Positions 23,856 to 37,135 are shown, counted from the first letter of the stretch. The stretch is DNA of 64,000 nt from Octopus vulgaris (GCA_951406725.2 OX597838.1:28706001-28770000), one strand, 5' to 3'. Numbers and translations are program-made. Notes: generated by a model not told the origin, from the letters alone.

Positions 23856-26519
23856 GGTGGTCAGTTATTGGTTTACTGGCGAGCTGGCAGAATCGTTAGC
23901 ACGCCGGGCAGAATGCTTAGCGGTATTTCGTCTGCCGCTACGTTCTGAGTTCAAATTCCGCCGAGGTCGACTTTGCCTTTCATCCTTTCGGGGGTCGATT
24001 AAATAAGTACCAGTTACGCACTGGGGTCGATGTAATCGACTTAATCCGTTTGTCTGTCCTTGTTTGGCCTCTCTGTGTTTAGCCCCTTGTTGGTAATAAA
24101 GAAATAGGTATTCCATCTGCCGTTACGTTCTGAGTTCAAATTCCGCCGAGGTCTAACTTTGCCTTTCATCCTTTCGGGGTCGATAAATTAAGTACCAGTT
24201 ACGCACTGGGGTCGATGTAATCGACTTAATCCGTTTGTCTGTCCTTGTTTGTCCTCTCTGTGTTTAGCCCCTTGTGGGCAGTAAAGAAATAGGTTTACTG
24301 TTATGTGTGTGTGTATATAAATATATATAAGGCGTGTGTACAATTTCTGTCCACAAAATTTCACTCACAACACGAAGTTATTGTAGAAGAAATTTGCTAA
24401 ATCACCTAATCCTAACTGAACATACAATGGGAGCCAACGAATCTTTTAATCACAGAGCCAGACACACACAAATTTAGGGCACAAATAAGAAAAGCACGAT
24501 TCGGTACATGAAGCCAAGAGTTACGTGAAAAGACCCAATGTTTATAAGGGAAAAGCGTAAACAAACCGGTGCATGTAACAGAAATACACATTGTGCTATT
24601 CTTGGTCTGACGAAGTTATCTCCCTTTATCTGTAAATATCACCAACTGAGCTTTCGTGTCCCACTATATCGATAGGATAGGCCTTTACGTAAAAACCTGG
24701 ACACTCTCTCTGCTGGTGGACACACACACACACACACACACGTAAAGTTATGTAATCGGTTACTTCTATTTAATACTATACATTTCGAATATATGTACTC
24801 TTTTATTTGTTTCAGTCATTTTGATTGTGGTCATGCTGGAGCACTGCCTTTAGTCGAGCAAATCGACCCCAGGACTTATTCTGTGCAAGCCGAGTATTTA
24901 TTCTATGGGTTCTTTTGCCGAACCGCTTGGTTACGGGGATGTAAACATACCACTATCGGTTGTCAAGCGATGTTGGGCTACACACATATATATATATACG
25001 ACAGGCTTCTTTCAGTTTCCGTCTACCAAATCCACTCACAAGGCTTTGGTCAACCTTAGACTACAATAGAAGACACTTGCCCAAGGTGCCATGCAATGGG
25101 ACTGAACCTGGCAAACAAGCTACTTACCACACAGCCACTCCAGCACCTATATATATGTGTGTGTGTGTGTGTATGTATATATACACACACACATACATAC
25201 ATACATACGTATATTGATGTTGGGGTGGGTGGCATACCTACATAATTTGTTTGTGCTCTTTGCCTTCTGGAATTTGTTAAAAGATAAGTGCAGGCGTAGC
25301 TATGTGGTAAGAAGTTTGCTTCCTAACCACATCGTTCTGGGTTCAGTCCCACTACATAGCACCTTGGGCAAGTGTCACTTGTGAGAGGATTTGGTTGACG
25401 GAAACTGAAAGAAGCCCGTCGTGTATATGTGTGTGTGTGTGCGTGTGTGTTTATGTATTTGTCTGTTTGTCTTCTTGCTATTGTTTGACAACCGATGCTG
25501 GTATGCTTATGTACCGGTAACTTAGTGGTTCACCAAAAAGAATAAGTACTAGGTTTACAAAGATGAAGTCCAGGGGTCGACTTTTTTGACTAAAACCGTT
25601 TGAGGTGACGCTCCAGCATGGCTGCGGTCAAATGACTAAAACAACAACAAAAAAATATGTGTGTGTGTGTCCCTACCCCCGTCTGGCAACCGGTGTTGGT
25701 GTATTCACGTCCTCATAGCCTAGTGGTTCAGCAAAAAGAGATTGATAGAATGAATACTAAGTTTAACTAAAAACAAATATATGAATCAATTCACTCAACA
25801 GAAATCCATCCACCAGGTGGTGCTCCAGCATGGCTGCTGTCTAATGACTGAAACAAGTAAAAGAATAACAGAGGAATACTTTCCAGATGGTTTTCATTAT
25901 GGAATTTGGATTCTTTTATTTTTTTTACTCGTTTCAGTCATTTTGACTGCGGCCATGCTGGAGCACTGCCTTTAGCTGAACAAATCAACCCCAGGACTTA
26001 TTCTTTGTAAGGCTAGTACTTATTCTATCGGTCTCTTATTCCGAATTGTTAACTTACAGGGATGTAAACACACCTACATGGGTTGTCAAGCGATGGTGGT
26101 GGGGGACAAAAACAGACAGAGACACACACACATATACAACAGGCTTCTTTCAGTTTCCGTCTACCAAATCCACTCACAAGACTTTGGTCGGCTCGAGGCT
26201 ATGGTAGAAGAAAATTGCCCAAGGTGCCATGCAGTGAGACTGAACCTGGAACCATGTGGTTGGTAAGCAAGCTTCTTACCTCACAGCCATGCCTGGAATT
26301 TGCCATAAAAATTTTTTTTCCAAATGGGTTGAGAAGGATTTCGGATGATTCACAAGCCTCGTCTTTGTTTCCTCCTACATTTCAATGATGCAGAAAAAGA
26401 ATTTGGAAGACTATTCCATCCTTTCTCTTCTGGGATTTGCTAAATAAATATTTTCTATGAAATTTTCCAGGCTTAGAGCACAGCAAACCGCCATATCAAC
26501 AAACTTACCTTTTATTCTT

Positions 26520-26892
26520 TTACTCTTTTATCAGCTTCAGCCTCGAGGCTGTGGCGATGCTGGGGCACCACATCTGATCTTTTACAAGCTTCAGCTTCGA
26601 GGCTGCGGCCATGCTGGGGCACCACATTTGATCATTCTTTTACTCTCTTACAAGCTTCAGCCTTGAGGCTGCGGCCATGCTGGGGCACCACATTTGATCA
26701 TTTTTTTACTCTCTGACAAGCTTCAGCCTTGAGGCTGTGGTCATGCTGGAGCACCACATTTGATCATTCTTTTACTCTTTTACAAGCTTCAGCCTTGAGG
26801 CTGTGGCCATGCTGGGGCACCGGCTTTGATCATTCTTTTATTCTTTTATAAGCTTCAGCCTTGAGGCTGCGGCCATGCTGGGGCACCGTCTT
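26520..26892. repeat. Minisatellite: 6 units, mostly 66 bp, derived from a SINE-tail variant
   Basis: Unit anchor (C/T)AAGCTTCAG recurs at 26585, 26651, 26717, 26783 and 26849, plus a shorter first unit. Confidence 0.9.
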
Positions 26893-27821
26893 TGAAAATT
26901 TTTCTCATTCTCTTTTTGCCGAACCACTAAGTTAAGGGGATGTGAACACACTGACACCAGTAGTGGTGGGGGACAAACACCCCACCCCCACACACATGCA
27001 TGTTTCTCAACCACATGGATCTAGGTTCAGTCCCACTGTGTGGCACCTTGGGCAAGTGTCTTCCACTATAACACCAGGCTGACCAAAGCCTTATGAATGG
27101 ATTTGGTAGATGGAAACTGAAAGAAGCCCATTGTACATATATGGCAGCACCACAGCTGGAAATCAATAGCCAAGACTGAAGGGAGACAATTGTTTACCTT
27201 CGTGGTGCTTTGGTGACCGCAAGATGGCAGCACGGGCAATGCTCGATGGACAATGGGGAAGGGAGATAATCACCAGGGGTTTTATCCTTAAAAATGAGGC
27301 TTTCTCCCTCCATATTTTAAAGAGGCCAGCAGTGTTTGGGGTCTGAAGATATGCCCTAAGGCTAAACCCCTCATGTGTGAGAAACCCAGGGTAATCCCAT
27401 AAACTGGCCTACCCCACTATAGTATGTGCGTGTGTGTATTTATGTGTGTGTGTCTTTGTATCAGTGTTTGTCCCCCCATCAACGTGTGACAACAACCGGT
27501 GTTGGTGTGTTTACATTCCCGTAACTTAGCAGTTTGGCAAAAGAAACCGATAGAAATAGTACTAGGCTTAAAAAATAAGTCCTGGGGTCAATTTGTTCAA
27601 CTAAAACACCCTTTAAGGCAGTGCTCCAGCATGGCTGCAGTGAAATGACTGAAACAAATAAAAGAATACAAGAGCCATAATGAACTTCTTTCAGTTTCCG
27701 TCTACCAGATCTACTCACAATGCTTTCATCAGCCTGGCCAAAGGTGCCACACAGTGGGACTGAACCCACAACCATGTGGTTGGGAAGAAAACTTTTTACC
27801 ATCCAGCCATGCTTGCACCAA

Positions 27822-29572
27822 CTTGTCTGGTGAACACGGAGTTTATTCAATGAAACCCCTTCGTCCAGTCCACCTGTTTGGCAAGATCTCATCAAGGAAG
27901 GATCTAACATCGTGATGGTATTGTGGGGGAGCCCCACTTTGCTGAAAATAAAACTCTTCATCTTCAAAGTCTTCTCAATTGCTTGGCATGAGAGACTGCT
28001 GCCACAAGTTCAAGTAAACGGGGCCAGTCACAGTAGCGTCAAAAAAGAATGGTCCAACTAATTCTCTTGATAATAAGCCACACCACACTCTCTCTTTACT
28101 CTCTTTTACTTGTTTCAGTCATTTGACTGCAGCCATGCTGGAGCACCGCCTTTAATCGAGCAACTCGACCCCGGGACTTATTCTTTTGTAAGCCCAGTAC
28201 TTATTCTATCGGTCTCTTTTGCCGAACCACTAAGTAACGGGGACATAAACACACCAGCATCGGTTATCAAGCAATGCTAGGGAGACAAACACAGACACAC
28301 AAACACACACATGCATATATATACATATATACGACAGGCTTCTTTCAGTTTCCGTCTACCAAATCCACTCACAAGGCTTTGGTCGGCCCGAGGCTATAGT
28401 AGAAGGCACTTGCTCAGGGTGCCACGCAGTGGGACTGAACCCGGAATCATGTGGTTGGTTACCAAGCTACTTACCACACAGCCACTCCTGGTAAATTAAC
28501 AAGGTGCTCCACCATAACATACAGATTCTCAGGTCCCCAGGAGGTGCAATTGTGGTGGTTAATTGAACCATTTAATTTGAATGTGGCCTTATCGCTCCAC
28601 ACGATCTTTGTTGGAAAGTGTGCATCTTCTGCACATCGTGCCAAGTACTACTTGCAATACTGCACACTTCGGTCTGGATCATCGTCAGGAGTGGCTGTGT
28701 GGTAAGTAGCTTGCTAACCAAACACATGGTTCCGGGTTCAGTCCCACTGCGTGGCATCTTGGGCAAGTGTCTTCTGCTATAGCCCCGGGCCGACCAATGC
28801 CTTGTGAGTGGATTTGGTAGACGGAAACTGAAAGAAGCCTGTCGTATATATGTATATATATATATATATATATGTATGTGTTTGTGTGTCTGTGTTTGTC
28901 CCCCTAGCATTGCTTGACAACCGATGCTGGTGTGTTTACGTCCCCGTCACTTAGCGGTTCGGCAAATGCGACCGATAGAATAAGTACTGGGCTTACAAAG
29001 AATAAGTCCTGGGGTCGATTTGCTCGACTAAAGGTGGTGCTCCAGCATGGTCGCAGTCAAATGACAGAAACAAGTAAAAGAGTAAAAGAGTAAAGAGTAT
29101 TAACAGCATGGACTAATCATGGAATGCAACTTTTCCACTGACACCACTTCAAAATACATTGGGCTGACAATTTTGAAATATCTACCTCATGACTTGCTTG
29201 CCGCAAAGATTTTCTTGGACTTTCGTGATACGTTTCCAGCACTCCTTCTTGCTTTGTGGCAGTTGTCGATGTTCGTGGTCTTCCGGAATGCTTCTCATGG
29301 ACATTCTGAACAGTTCCATTGGCTTCAAACTTATCTCTAATTCGAATGATGGCAAGTCGCATTGGTGGATCTGTTTGAAACTCCCTCCTAAACTGTCTTT
29401 GAACTTCCACTGCGTTTTCACACTTCCAGTAGCATTTTAGAATTAATTTCTTCTGTTCAAACCATAGTCTGACTGCCATCATTAATTCCAATGGGTTTAA
29501 TCTGGAAAGAAAAAAACATCAATTGAATTATCAGATGCTAAAGTGTGTATACATTTTTTGGGGGACATCCTG
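27822..29572 (-). mobile_element. Decayed Tc1/mariner-superfamily transposon (DUF4817-type HTH; maT/rosa-like), split by two SINEs
   Basis: TA|CAGGATGTCCCC left TIR at 29572. HTH ..[27 protein letters not shown] (29117-29480), [13 protein letters not shown] (28490-28685), [15 protein letters not shown] and FQQSGAPPQY..VRSFL..RWTGRRG..SPD (27822-28088). SINEs at ~28090-28490 and ~28686-29098. Confidence 0.85.
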
Positions 29573-29789
29573 TACATATATATGTGTGTGTGTGTATATA
29601 TATGTATGTATATTTATATATATATATAGGCGCAGGAGTAGCTGTGTGGTAAGTAGCTTGTTTACCAACTACATGGTTCCAGCTTCGGTCCCACTGTGTG
29701 GAAACTTGGGCAAGTGTCTTCTACTATTTCCTTGGGCCAACCAAAGCCTTGTGAGTGGGTTTGGTAGATGGAAACTGAAAGAAGCCCAT

Positions 29790-29841
<52 letters not shown>

Positions 29842-30040
29842 CAATATGCATATATACATATATATATATATATATATATTCATCATCATCATCATCATCA
29901 TCATCATTTAGCGTCAGTTTTCCATGCTAGCATGGGTTGGACGGTTTAACTGGGGTCTGTGAAGCCGGAAGGCTTCATCAGGCCCAGTCAGATTTGGCAG
30001 TGTTTCTACGGCTGGATGCCCTTCCTAACGCCAACCACTC

Positions 30041-30071
<31 letters not shown>

Positions 30072-30087
30072 CATACATATATATATC

Positions 30088-30128
<41 letters not shown>

Positions 30129-30141
30129 TGTGTGTGTGTGC

Positions 30142-30186
<45 letters not shown>

Positions 30187-30653
30187 CATGTCATGTGTTC
30201 TGTTAGTACTACCAAATATACATTTATATTATATATACACATGCATATGCATAAAATGCAGTCAGTGTTAATACTTTTTTCTTTTTATGTCAATTATATG
30301 ATCATAAAACTCAGCTGTGTGAGCAAAAACCACCGCCAATCCCTTTCATTGACATTACTCAGAGAAACTTACAACACAAAAAACCAAAAACCAAAAGTCA
30401 TCTTTTATTACACCTTTAGGCAGATAAGAACAGTTGGGGTCAACGTAGAAGAATAGAATAAGAGAAGAAGGTGGGAGCGAGAGGGTAAAAGAGTGTGACC
30501 TTTGACACTAAAGTACAAACAGGTATTTAAACATTTTTTTTTATTACTTTTATTGTTTTTATTTGTTTTGGTTATTTGACTGCGACCATGCTGGAGTACC
30601 ACCTTTAGTTGAACAATTCGACCTCAGTACTTATTCTTTGTAAGCCTAGTACT

Positions 30654-30878
30654 CAATCGAAGGAGAGGGGCTTTCTCCATCCGGGTTGTGGATCCGTGGA
30701 ACAAGCTGCCAGACGAGATGGTGAAGATGCCGACGACCTCTTTGTTCAAAGTTTCCCTTGACCTCAAGTGGCCTGAACTCTTTACATGAACACCACCCTG
30801 TACATAACTCCATGCCCCCCTACATGGCCTTGCTTTTTGCTTTTTGAGCCAAAAAAATCAACTAACTAACTAACTAAC
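30654..30878 (+). mobile_element. 5'-truncated CR1/L2-group LINE inserted in a family A SINE
   Basis: NRRRGAFSIRVVDPWNKLPDEMVKMPTTSLFKVSLDLKWPELFT* (stop 30787-30789), short 3' UTR, (AACT)n tail, and TACT duplicated at both junctions. Confidence 0.82.
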
Positions 30879-31014
30879 TACTTATTCTATCGGACTCTTT
30901 TGCTGAACTGCTAAGTTACGGGGACATAAACACACCAACATCGGTTGTCAAGCGATGGTGCGAGGACAAACACAGACACACACGCGCAAATATTTACATA
31001 TATGTATATGTATG

Positions 31015-31435
31015 AGCAAAACGCCCCTCCCCGTCTAATAGACGGTGCTGAGTTGTCAAACATTTAAACCAATTTTTCTCAAAACAACTTGTCCGACCGT
31101 CCCATAGGCCTCCCCTTTGAGAAACACTGATTTAACCAAAATTTGAGACACCAAACAGGCCGACTTTTTTTTGCGCAAACTGCACGTGCATTTTTCTCAT
31201 GTACGTATAGTACTGATCGCAACAGCTGATGTATTTGCATGTACAAATGCACGTTCCCATGGCTTTATCGACTGCATTCCCACCTGGAATCGATTTAAAA
31301 AATTTTTTCCAAGACTTATACATGCCCTGATACCGTCGGTATCCACATATCCAATTTAAGTGCAATTGGATAGAGGATGCCCGAGATCCTAGAAGACACA
31401 CACACAGACAGACAGAACGGATTTTATATAATAGA
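31015..31435 (-). mobile_element. Probable Helitron 5' portion
   Basis: Minus strand begins A|TCTATTATATAAAATCCG followed by (TCTG)n/(TG)n, typical of non-autonomous Helitron 5' ends. No 3' CTAG/hairpin found. Confidence 0.5.
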
Positions 31436-31610
31436 TATACATATAGGCGCAGGAGTGGCTGTGTGGTAAGTAGCTTGCTTACCAACCACATGGTTACGGG
31501 TTCAGTCCCACTGCGTGGCACCTTGGGCAAGTGTCTTCTGCTATAGTCTCGGGCCGACCAATGCCTTGTGAGTGGATTTGATAGATGGAAACTGAAAGAA
31601 GCCTGTCGTA

Positions 31611-31669
<59 letters not shown>

Positions 31670-33906
31670 ATGTGTTTGTGTGTCTGTGTTTGTCCCCCTA
31701 GCATTGATTGACAGCTGATGCTGGTGTGTTTACGTCCCCGTCACTTAGCGGTTCAGCAAAAGAGACCGATAGAATAAGTACTGGGCTTACAAAGAATAAG
31801 TCCCGGGGTCGAGTTGCTCGACTAAAGGTGGCGCACCAGCATAGCCGCAGTCAAATGACTGAAACAAGTAAAAGAGTATATATATATTGATGTATACAAT
31901 GGATTTCTATCAGTTTCATTCTACTAAATCCATTCACAAGGCTTTGGTTGGCCCGAGGCTTTAGCAGAAGACACTTGCCCAAGGTGCCACGCAGTGAGAC
32001 TGAACCCGGAACCATGTGGTTAGGAAGCAAGCTTCTTTATTTCATATGATTTGCCACAAGGGCAGTACACAGATAGAAGCTTGTGGGCTGGACATGGACA
32101 GGATGAGATGAAATGGAACGAAATAATGCGGATGGGAGGCATGTCAGCGCCCACCAACCGACAAACCCTCGAATACAAAGTTTCTTACAACAATACAAAG
32201 TTTTTTACAATTCCCTTTGTCAGGTCCCCCAAGCAATGTGACTTGCCGCCTGCAGACAACTCCGCATCGACAAGTCGGGGCCTGCAAAGAAGAAAGCAAA
32301 TTCTTCCTTGTCAGAGGTCGCTGTGACCTTTGCCAAAATTCTTTCCGTTACTACCTCCGCAGCCACCTGCGGAGGCCATATCGAACTACTTGAGCAGACC
32401 GAGTATGTGACTCTTTTTACAGATATGCATGTGGAATATTGCACACTATGTTCAATCTGGTTCTGTGGTTAGAGTGTTGGGCTCACAATCAGGATGTTGT
32501 GAGTTCAATACCTAGACCGGGTTCTGTGCCGTGTTCTTGAGCAAGACACTTTATTTCACATTGCTCCAGTTCACTCAGCTGTAGAAATGTGTTGCCCGGA
32601 TTTGTGCCTGAGAGGGTAACTTTCTAGGTTCAATCCCACAGTCAATCTTGACCAAACAGGGTCTTTGTGAGTTTGATTCCCTAACTGGGCTGTGTGTTGT
32701 GTTCTTGAGCAAGACACTTCATTTCACATTGCTCCAGTTCACTCAGCTGTGGAAAATGAGTTGTGATGTCACTGGTGCCAAGCTGTATTGGCCCCTTTGC
32801 CTTTCCCCTGGATAACATCAGTCCCGTGAAGATAAGAGGCTGGTAGGCATGGGCGACTGCTGGTTTTCCATAAACAACCTTGCCAGGACTTTTGCCTGGT
32901 AGAGGAACTTTCTAAAGAAGATAAAAACTTCATTGTTTAACATCTGTTTTCCCATGCCGGCATGGGTTGGATGGTTCCATTGAACAGTTTATTCAATAAA
33001 ATTTTACTGGACCATGGCACATTCACAGTGATATTTTCTAATCACTGATAACAATGTCTGACTCATACAGTTTATCTTTAATGCTTTATCTCTGACTTGT
33101 TTCATCATTAGGCTGTGGCCATGCTGGGGCACCACCTTGAAGAATGTTTGGTTGAATGACTTGAACCCAGTGTATAAGTTTTCTGAACCCTAGTACTCAT
33201 TCTATTGGACCATTTTGCCAAACTGCTAAGTTACGGGGACATAAACAAACCAACACTGGTTGTCAGATGGTGATGGGGACAAATACAGACACAAAAACCT
33301 CACACACACACACACACACATGGATACACATTTATATACAATGGGTTTCTTTCAGTTTCCACCTACCAAATCAACTCACAAGGCTGTGGTCGGCCTGAGG
33401 CTATAGTAGAAGACATTGGCCCAAGGTGCCATGCAGTGAGACTGAACCCGGAACTATGTGGTTGGGAAGCAAGCTTCTTACCACACAGTCATGCCTGCAC
33501 CATATCTCAATCCTGATAAAGATTCTTCTGAAAATGTGTCTAAAATATTTAAAAAATGTACACTGGCTTAAATATTTTCTTAGCAAAATCCTGACCCTTT
33601 AAATACTCAGTGCCCCTTCCCTCATTCATAGAAACCCCAGTTTTATGAGCTTACATTACTTCTAAGTGGGGAACTGCTGGGCCAGGTTAAGAAGCACAGG
33701 TGTAAAACCCTTCCGCATTGGTTCTTTGAAGTTTATCTTTATTTACAATGAGTAAAGTGACTGAAATATCTACAGCTATAATTAGTTCATTATATGCAAC
33801 AGAAGCAGTATAAGATTAAAATAGACAACTGTGTATCATACTTAATGCAGATACACCATTGAAAAGCAAATTAACTGCAGTACTCATCCTGAGACACAGG
33901 TGTGTA

Positions 33907-34034
33907 GATGATGATGATGATGACAATGATGACGATGATGATGATGATGATGATGATGATGACGATGATGATGATGATGGTGGTGGTGGTGGTGGTGATG
34001 ATGATGATGGTGGTGGTGGTGGTGGTGGTGATGA

Positions 34035-34068
<34 letters not shown>

Positions 34069-34084
34069 GGTGATGATGGTGACA

Positions 34085-34116
<32 letters not shown>

Positions 34117-34232
34117 GGTGGTGATGATGATGATGACGATGATGGTGATGGAGGTGGTGGTGATGAGGATGATGATGATGATGATGGTGGTAGTGATGAT
34201 GACGATGATGATTGTTGCTGTTGTTGTTGTTG
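33907..34232. repeat. Compound (GAT)n/(GGT)n trinucleotide microsatellite
   Basis: Direct reading; explains the poly-D/G, poly-H and poly-M/V ORFs. Confidence 0.95.
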
Positions 34233-34566
34233 TCTCTCGTAGTCCGAGAAAGACTGTTGTGCAATTTCTAACTCAGCGACCTGTGCAAATGATTTGCTTA
34301 TAGTGATCAAGTTTTGTGCTGTCCATTATCTCTCTCCCTCCATCAAATCAGCATTGCCTGAACAGGAACTCAGCGTACCACATGTCTGGTGCCAAGGTTA
34401 TCACAGAGTAATGTGAGATGAAGTGCTTTGGCTCGAAAAAGAAAAAAAATACACCACCTGATCCAGGAATTGAAACCATGATCTTGTGATTAGGAGTGCA
34501 GCACCCTAACCACTAGGCCATGCTCCTGCACATACAAACATACATACACACTCTCAATCACACACC

Positions 34567-35184
34567 TAGGATGAATGTTGCTGTAATTTAGCCCCAGGAG
34601 ACATCGTCTCCAACTGGCTATACAACACGATTTGTGTCCTTACATTTTTGAACAAGGGAATCTAGTACTCTCACCCAGCTCAAAACAATATCTGTATATC
34701 ACGATTTCCGGATTATAAGGACACAGATTGTGACGTATAGCGAGCTGGAGACGATGTCTCTTGGGGCTAAATTACAGCAACATTCGTCCTAAACCAGGAC
34801 TGCCATGTTATGTTGACAAACAATCTTTACTACAAATCTCACAACATGAGATATTCAGCAACAGTACTTTGTAGTAAAGATTGTTTGTCAACATAACATG
34901 GTAGTCCTGGTTTAGGACGAATGTTGCTGTAATTTAGCCCCAGGAGACATCGTCTCCAGCTGGCTATACAACACAATCTGTGTCCTTATAATCCAGAAAT
35001 CGCGATACACAGATATTGTTTTGAGCTGGGTGAGAGTACTAGATTCCCTTGTTCAAAAATGTAAGGACACAAATCATGTTGTATAGCCAGCTGGAGACGA
35101 TGTCTCCTGGGGCTAAATTACAGCAACATTCATCCTAAACCAGGACTGCCATATTACGTTGGCAAGCAATCTTTACTACAAAGT
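34567..35184. mobile_element. Long-TIR MITE (34866-35184) plus an adjacent inverted partial copy, forming a 270-bp-arm palindrome
   Basis: ACTTTGTAGTAAAGATTG..CAATCTTTACTACAAAGT termini. 34567-34836 is the near reverse complement of 34868-35137. Confidence 0.85.
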
Positions 35185-35369
35185 CTTCTGTCAATTTCCA
35201 TGTATCAAAGTAGGAGAGGCAGTGACTAGTGACTGAGACCGTTGGTGATATGCTGTGCTTGAGAAGAGCTGTCAAACCATATGAAATCATAGTCATGGCT
35301 GATGTTAGTGTCATGTAACTGGCACCCATGCCAGTGGCATGTAAAGGGTACCATTTGAGTATTAAGCAT

Positions 35370-36180
35370 CCCGGAGGCAAATTGATTGAGTTCCTTTTGA
35401 GTGTTGGGCCTCAATGAGGTAAAGTGGTTGAGTTCCTTTCAAGCGTTGGGCCTCATGGAGGCAAAGTGGTTGAATTCCTTTCGTGTGTTGGGCCTCCCGG
35501 AGGCTGAGTGGTTGAGTTCCTTATGAGCATTGGGCCTCTCAGTGGCAAAGTGGTTGAGTTCCTTTCGTGCGTTGGGCCTCAATGAGGTAAAGTGGTTGAG
35601 TCCCTTTCAAGCATTGGGCCTTCCAGAGGCAAAGTGGTTGAGTTCCTTTCGTGTGTTGGGCCTCCCGGAGGCAGAGTGGTTGAGTTCCTTTCAAGCGTTG
35701 GGCCTCCCGGAGGCAAAGTGGTTGAGTTCCTTTCAAGCATTGGGCCTCCCAGAGGCAAAGTGGTTGAGTTCCTTTCGTGTGTTGGGCCTCCCGGAGGCAG
35801 AGTGGTTGAGTTCCTTATGAGCATTGGGCCTCTCAGTGGCAAAGTGGTTGAGTTCCTTTCAAGCGTTGGGCCTCCCAGAGGCAAAGTGGTTGAGTTCCTT
35901 TCGTGTGTTGGGCCTCCCGGAGGCAGAGTGGTTGAGTTCCTTATGAGCATTGGGCCTCTCAGTGGGCAAAGTGGTTGAGTTCCTTTAAAGCATTGGGCCT
36001 CACAGGGGCAAAGTGATTGAGTTACTTTCGTGTGTTGGGCCTCCCGGAGGCAGAGTGGTTGAGTTCCTTATGAGCATTGGGCCTCTCAGTGGCAAAGTGG
36101 TTGAGTTCCTTTCAAGCGTTGGGCCTCCCAGAGGCAAAGTGGTTGAGTTCCTTTTGAGTGTTGGGCCTCACAGAGGCAAT
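35370..36180. repeat. 42-bp minisatellite, 19 units
   Basis: TTGGGCCT..GGCAAAGTGGTTGAGTTCCTT recurs every 42 bp; the translation has a 14-aa period. Confidence 0.93.
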
Positions 36181-36863
36181 GACCGAGACCTTTGGCAATA
36201 TGCTGTGCTTGAGAAGACCCATCAAGCTGAGCAAAATCACAGTCATGGCAGATACTGGTGTCGTGCAAATGGCACCTGTGCCAGTGACATGTAAAAACAT
36301 CCATTACACTCTCAGAGTGGTTGGTGTTAGGAAGGGCATCCAGCCATAGAAAACCATGCCAAATCAGACTAGAGTCTGGTGCTGCCTTCCAGCTTACCAA
36401 CCCTGGTCAAACCATCCAACCCATGCCAGCATGGACATCAGATGTTAGATGATGATGATGATGATGAAATCCACTCACAAGTCTTTGGCTGGCCCAGGGC
36501 TATAATAGAAGACACTTGTCAAGGGTGCCATGCACTGGTGCTGAACCCCAAAGCATGTTGTGGTTGGGAAGCAATCTTCTTAATCACACGGCTATGTCCG
36601 AACCTTGGAATTGTTTTAAGAAAATCTTTAGAATTTATGAACCTTGCCAACCCCTGCTTTTCACTGAAAAGTGAACGGAGCAATTTAGGGAACCATTGAA
36701 AATGTGAGGAGAGAAGAATAATTTATACTTTATATTTTTGTTACATCAAAAATTCTTTTTAACAAGTTACAGACTTACATAGTAATTTACTGTAAGAAGA
36801 AAAAATGAAGGCATTTTTTTAAAAATAAGAAGCTATTCATGTATTTCTTTCTCTCTCCTTATA

Positions 36864-36897
<34 letters not shown>

Positions 36898-36898
<1 letters not shown>

Positions 36899-37135
36899 TT
36901 TATTTTAAGCAGCAGAAAATTCAACAAAATCTGTTACTTTGAGTTTCTCGTTGCCGTTCATCAGACAGTTTTTGCTAGATTCTAGCAAAAACTGTCTGAT
37001 GAACGGCAACGAGAAACTCAGAGTAACAGATTTTGTTGAATTTTCTGCTGCTTAAAATAAAGCATATTACTCTACCACTGGTATTTGAGTACTCTTTTTC
37101 CACCTTGTTTCACATTTATGTGTTTACTCCGGTAT
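36898..37135 (+). mobile_element. Penelope-like pLTR fragment with an inverted duplication (82-bp-arm palindrome centred at 36980)
   Basis: 36898-36979 mirrors 36981-37062 with one mismatch. Same family as 12451-12535, carries a hammerhead core and sits in (TA)n. Confidence 0.75.
36987..37034 (+). ncRNA. Minimal type I hammerhead ribozyme motif (mirror copy on - at 36926-36972)
   Basis: AAAACTGT-CTGATGA(36996-37002)-ACGGCAACGA-GAAA-CTCAGAG-TA-ACAGATTTT, with the GUA triplet ending at 37025. Confidence 0.7.

Noticed and set aside
27330-27375. Possible hammerhead (CTGAAGA..GCC CTAA GGC TAAAC); also CTGATGA at 22871 and CTGACGA near 24607
   Set aside because: The GAAA core or the stems I/III are missing.
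33816-34310. Poly-D/G, poly-H, poly-S/P and poly-M/V ORFs
   Set aside because: A stop-free trinucleotide microsatellite with no splice or homology support.
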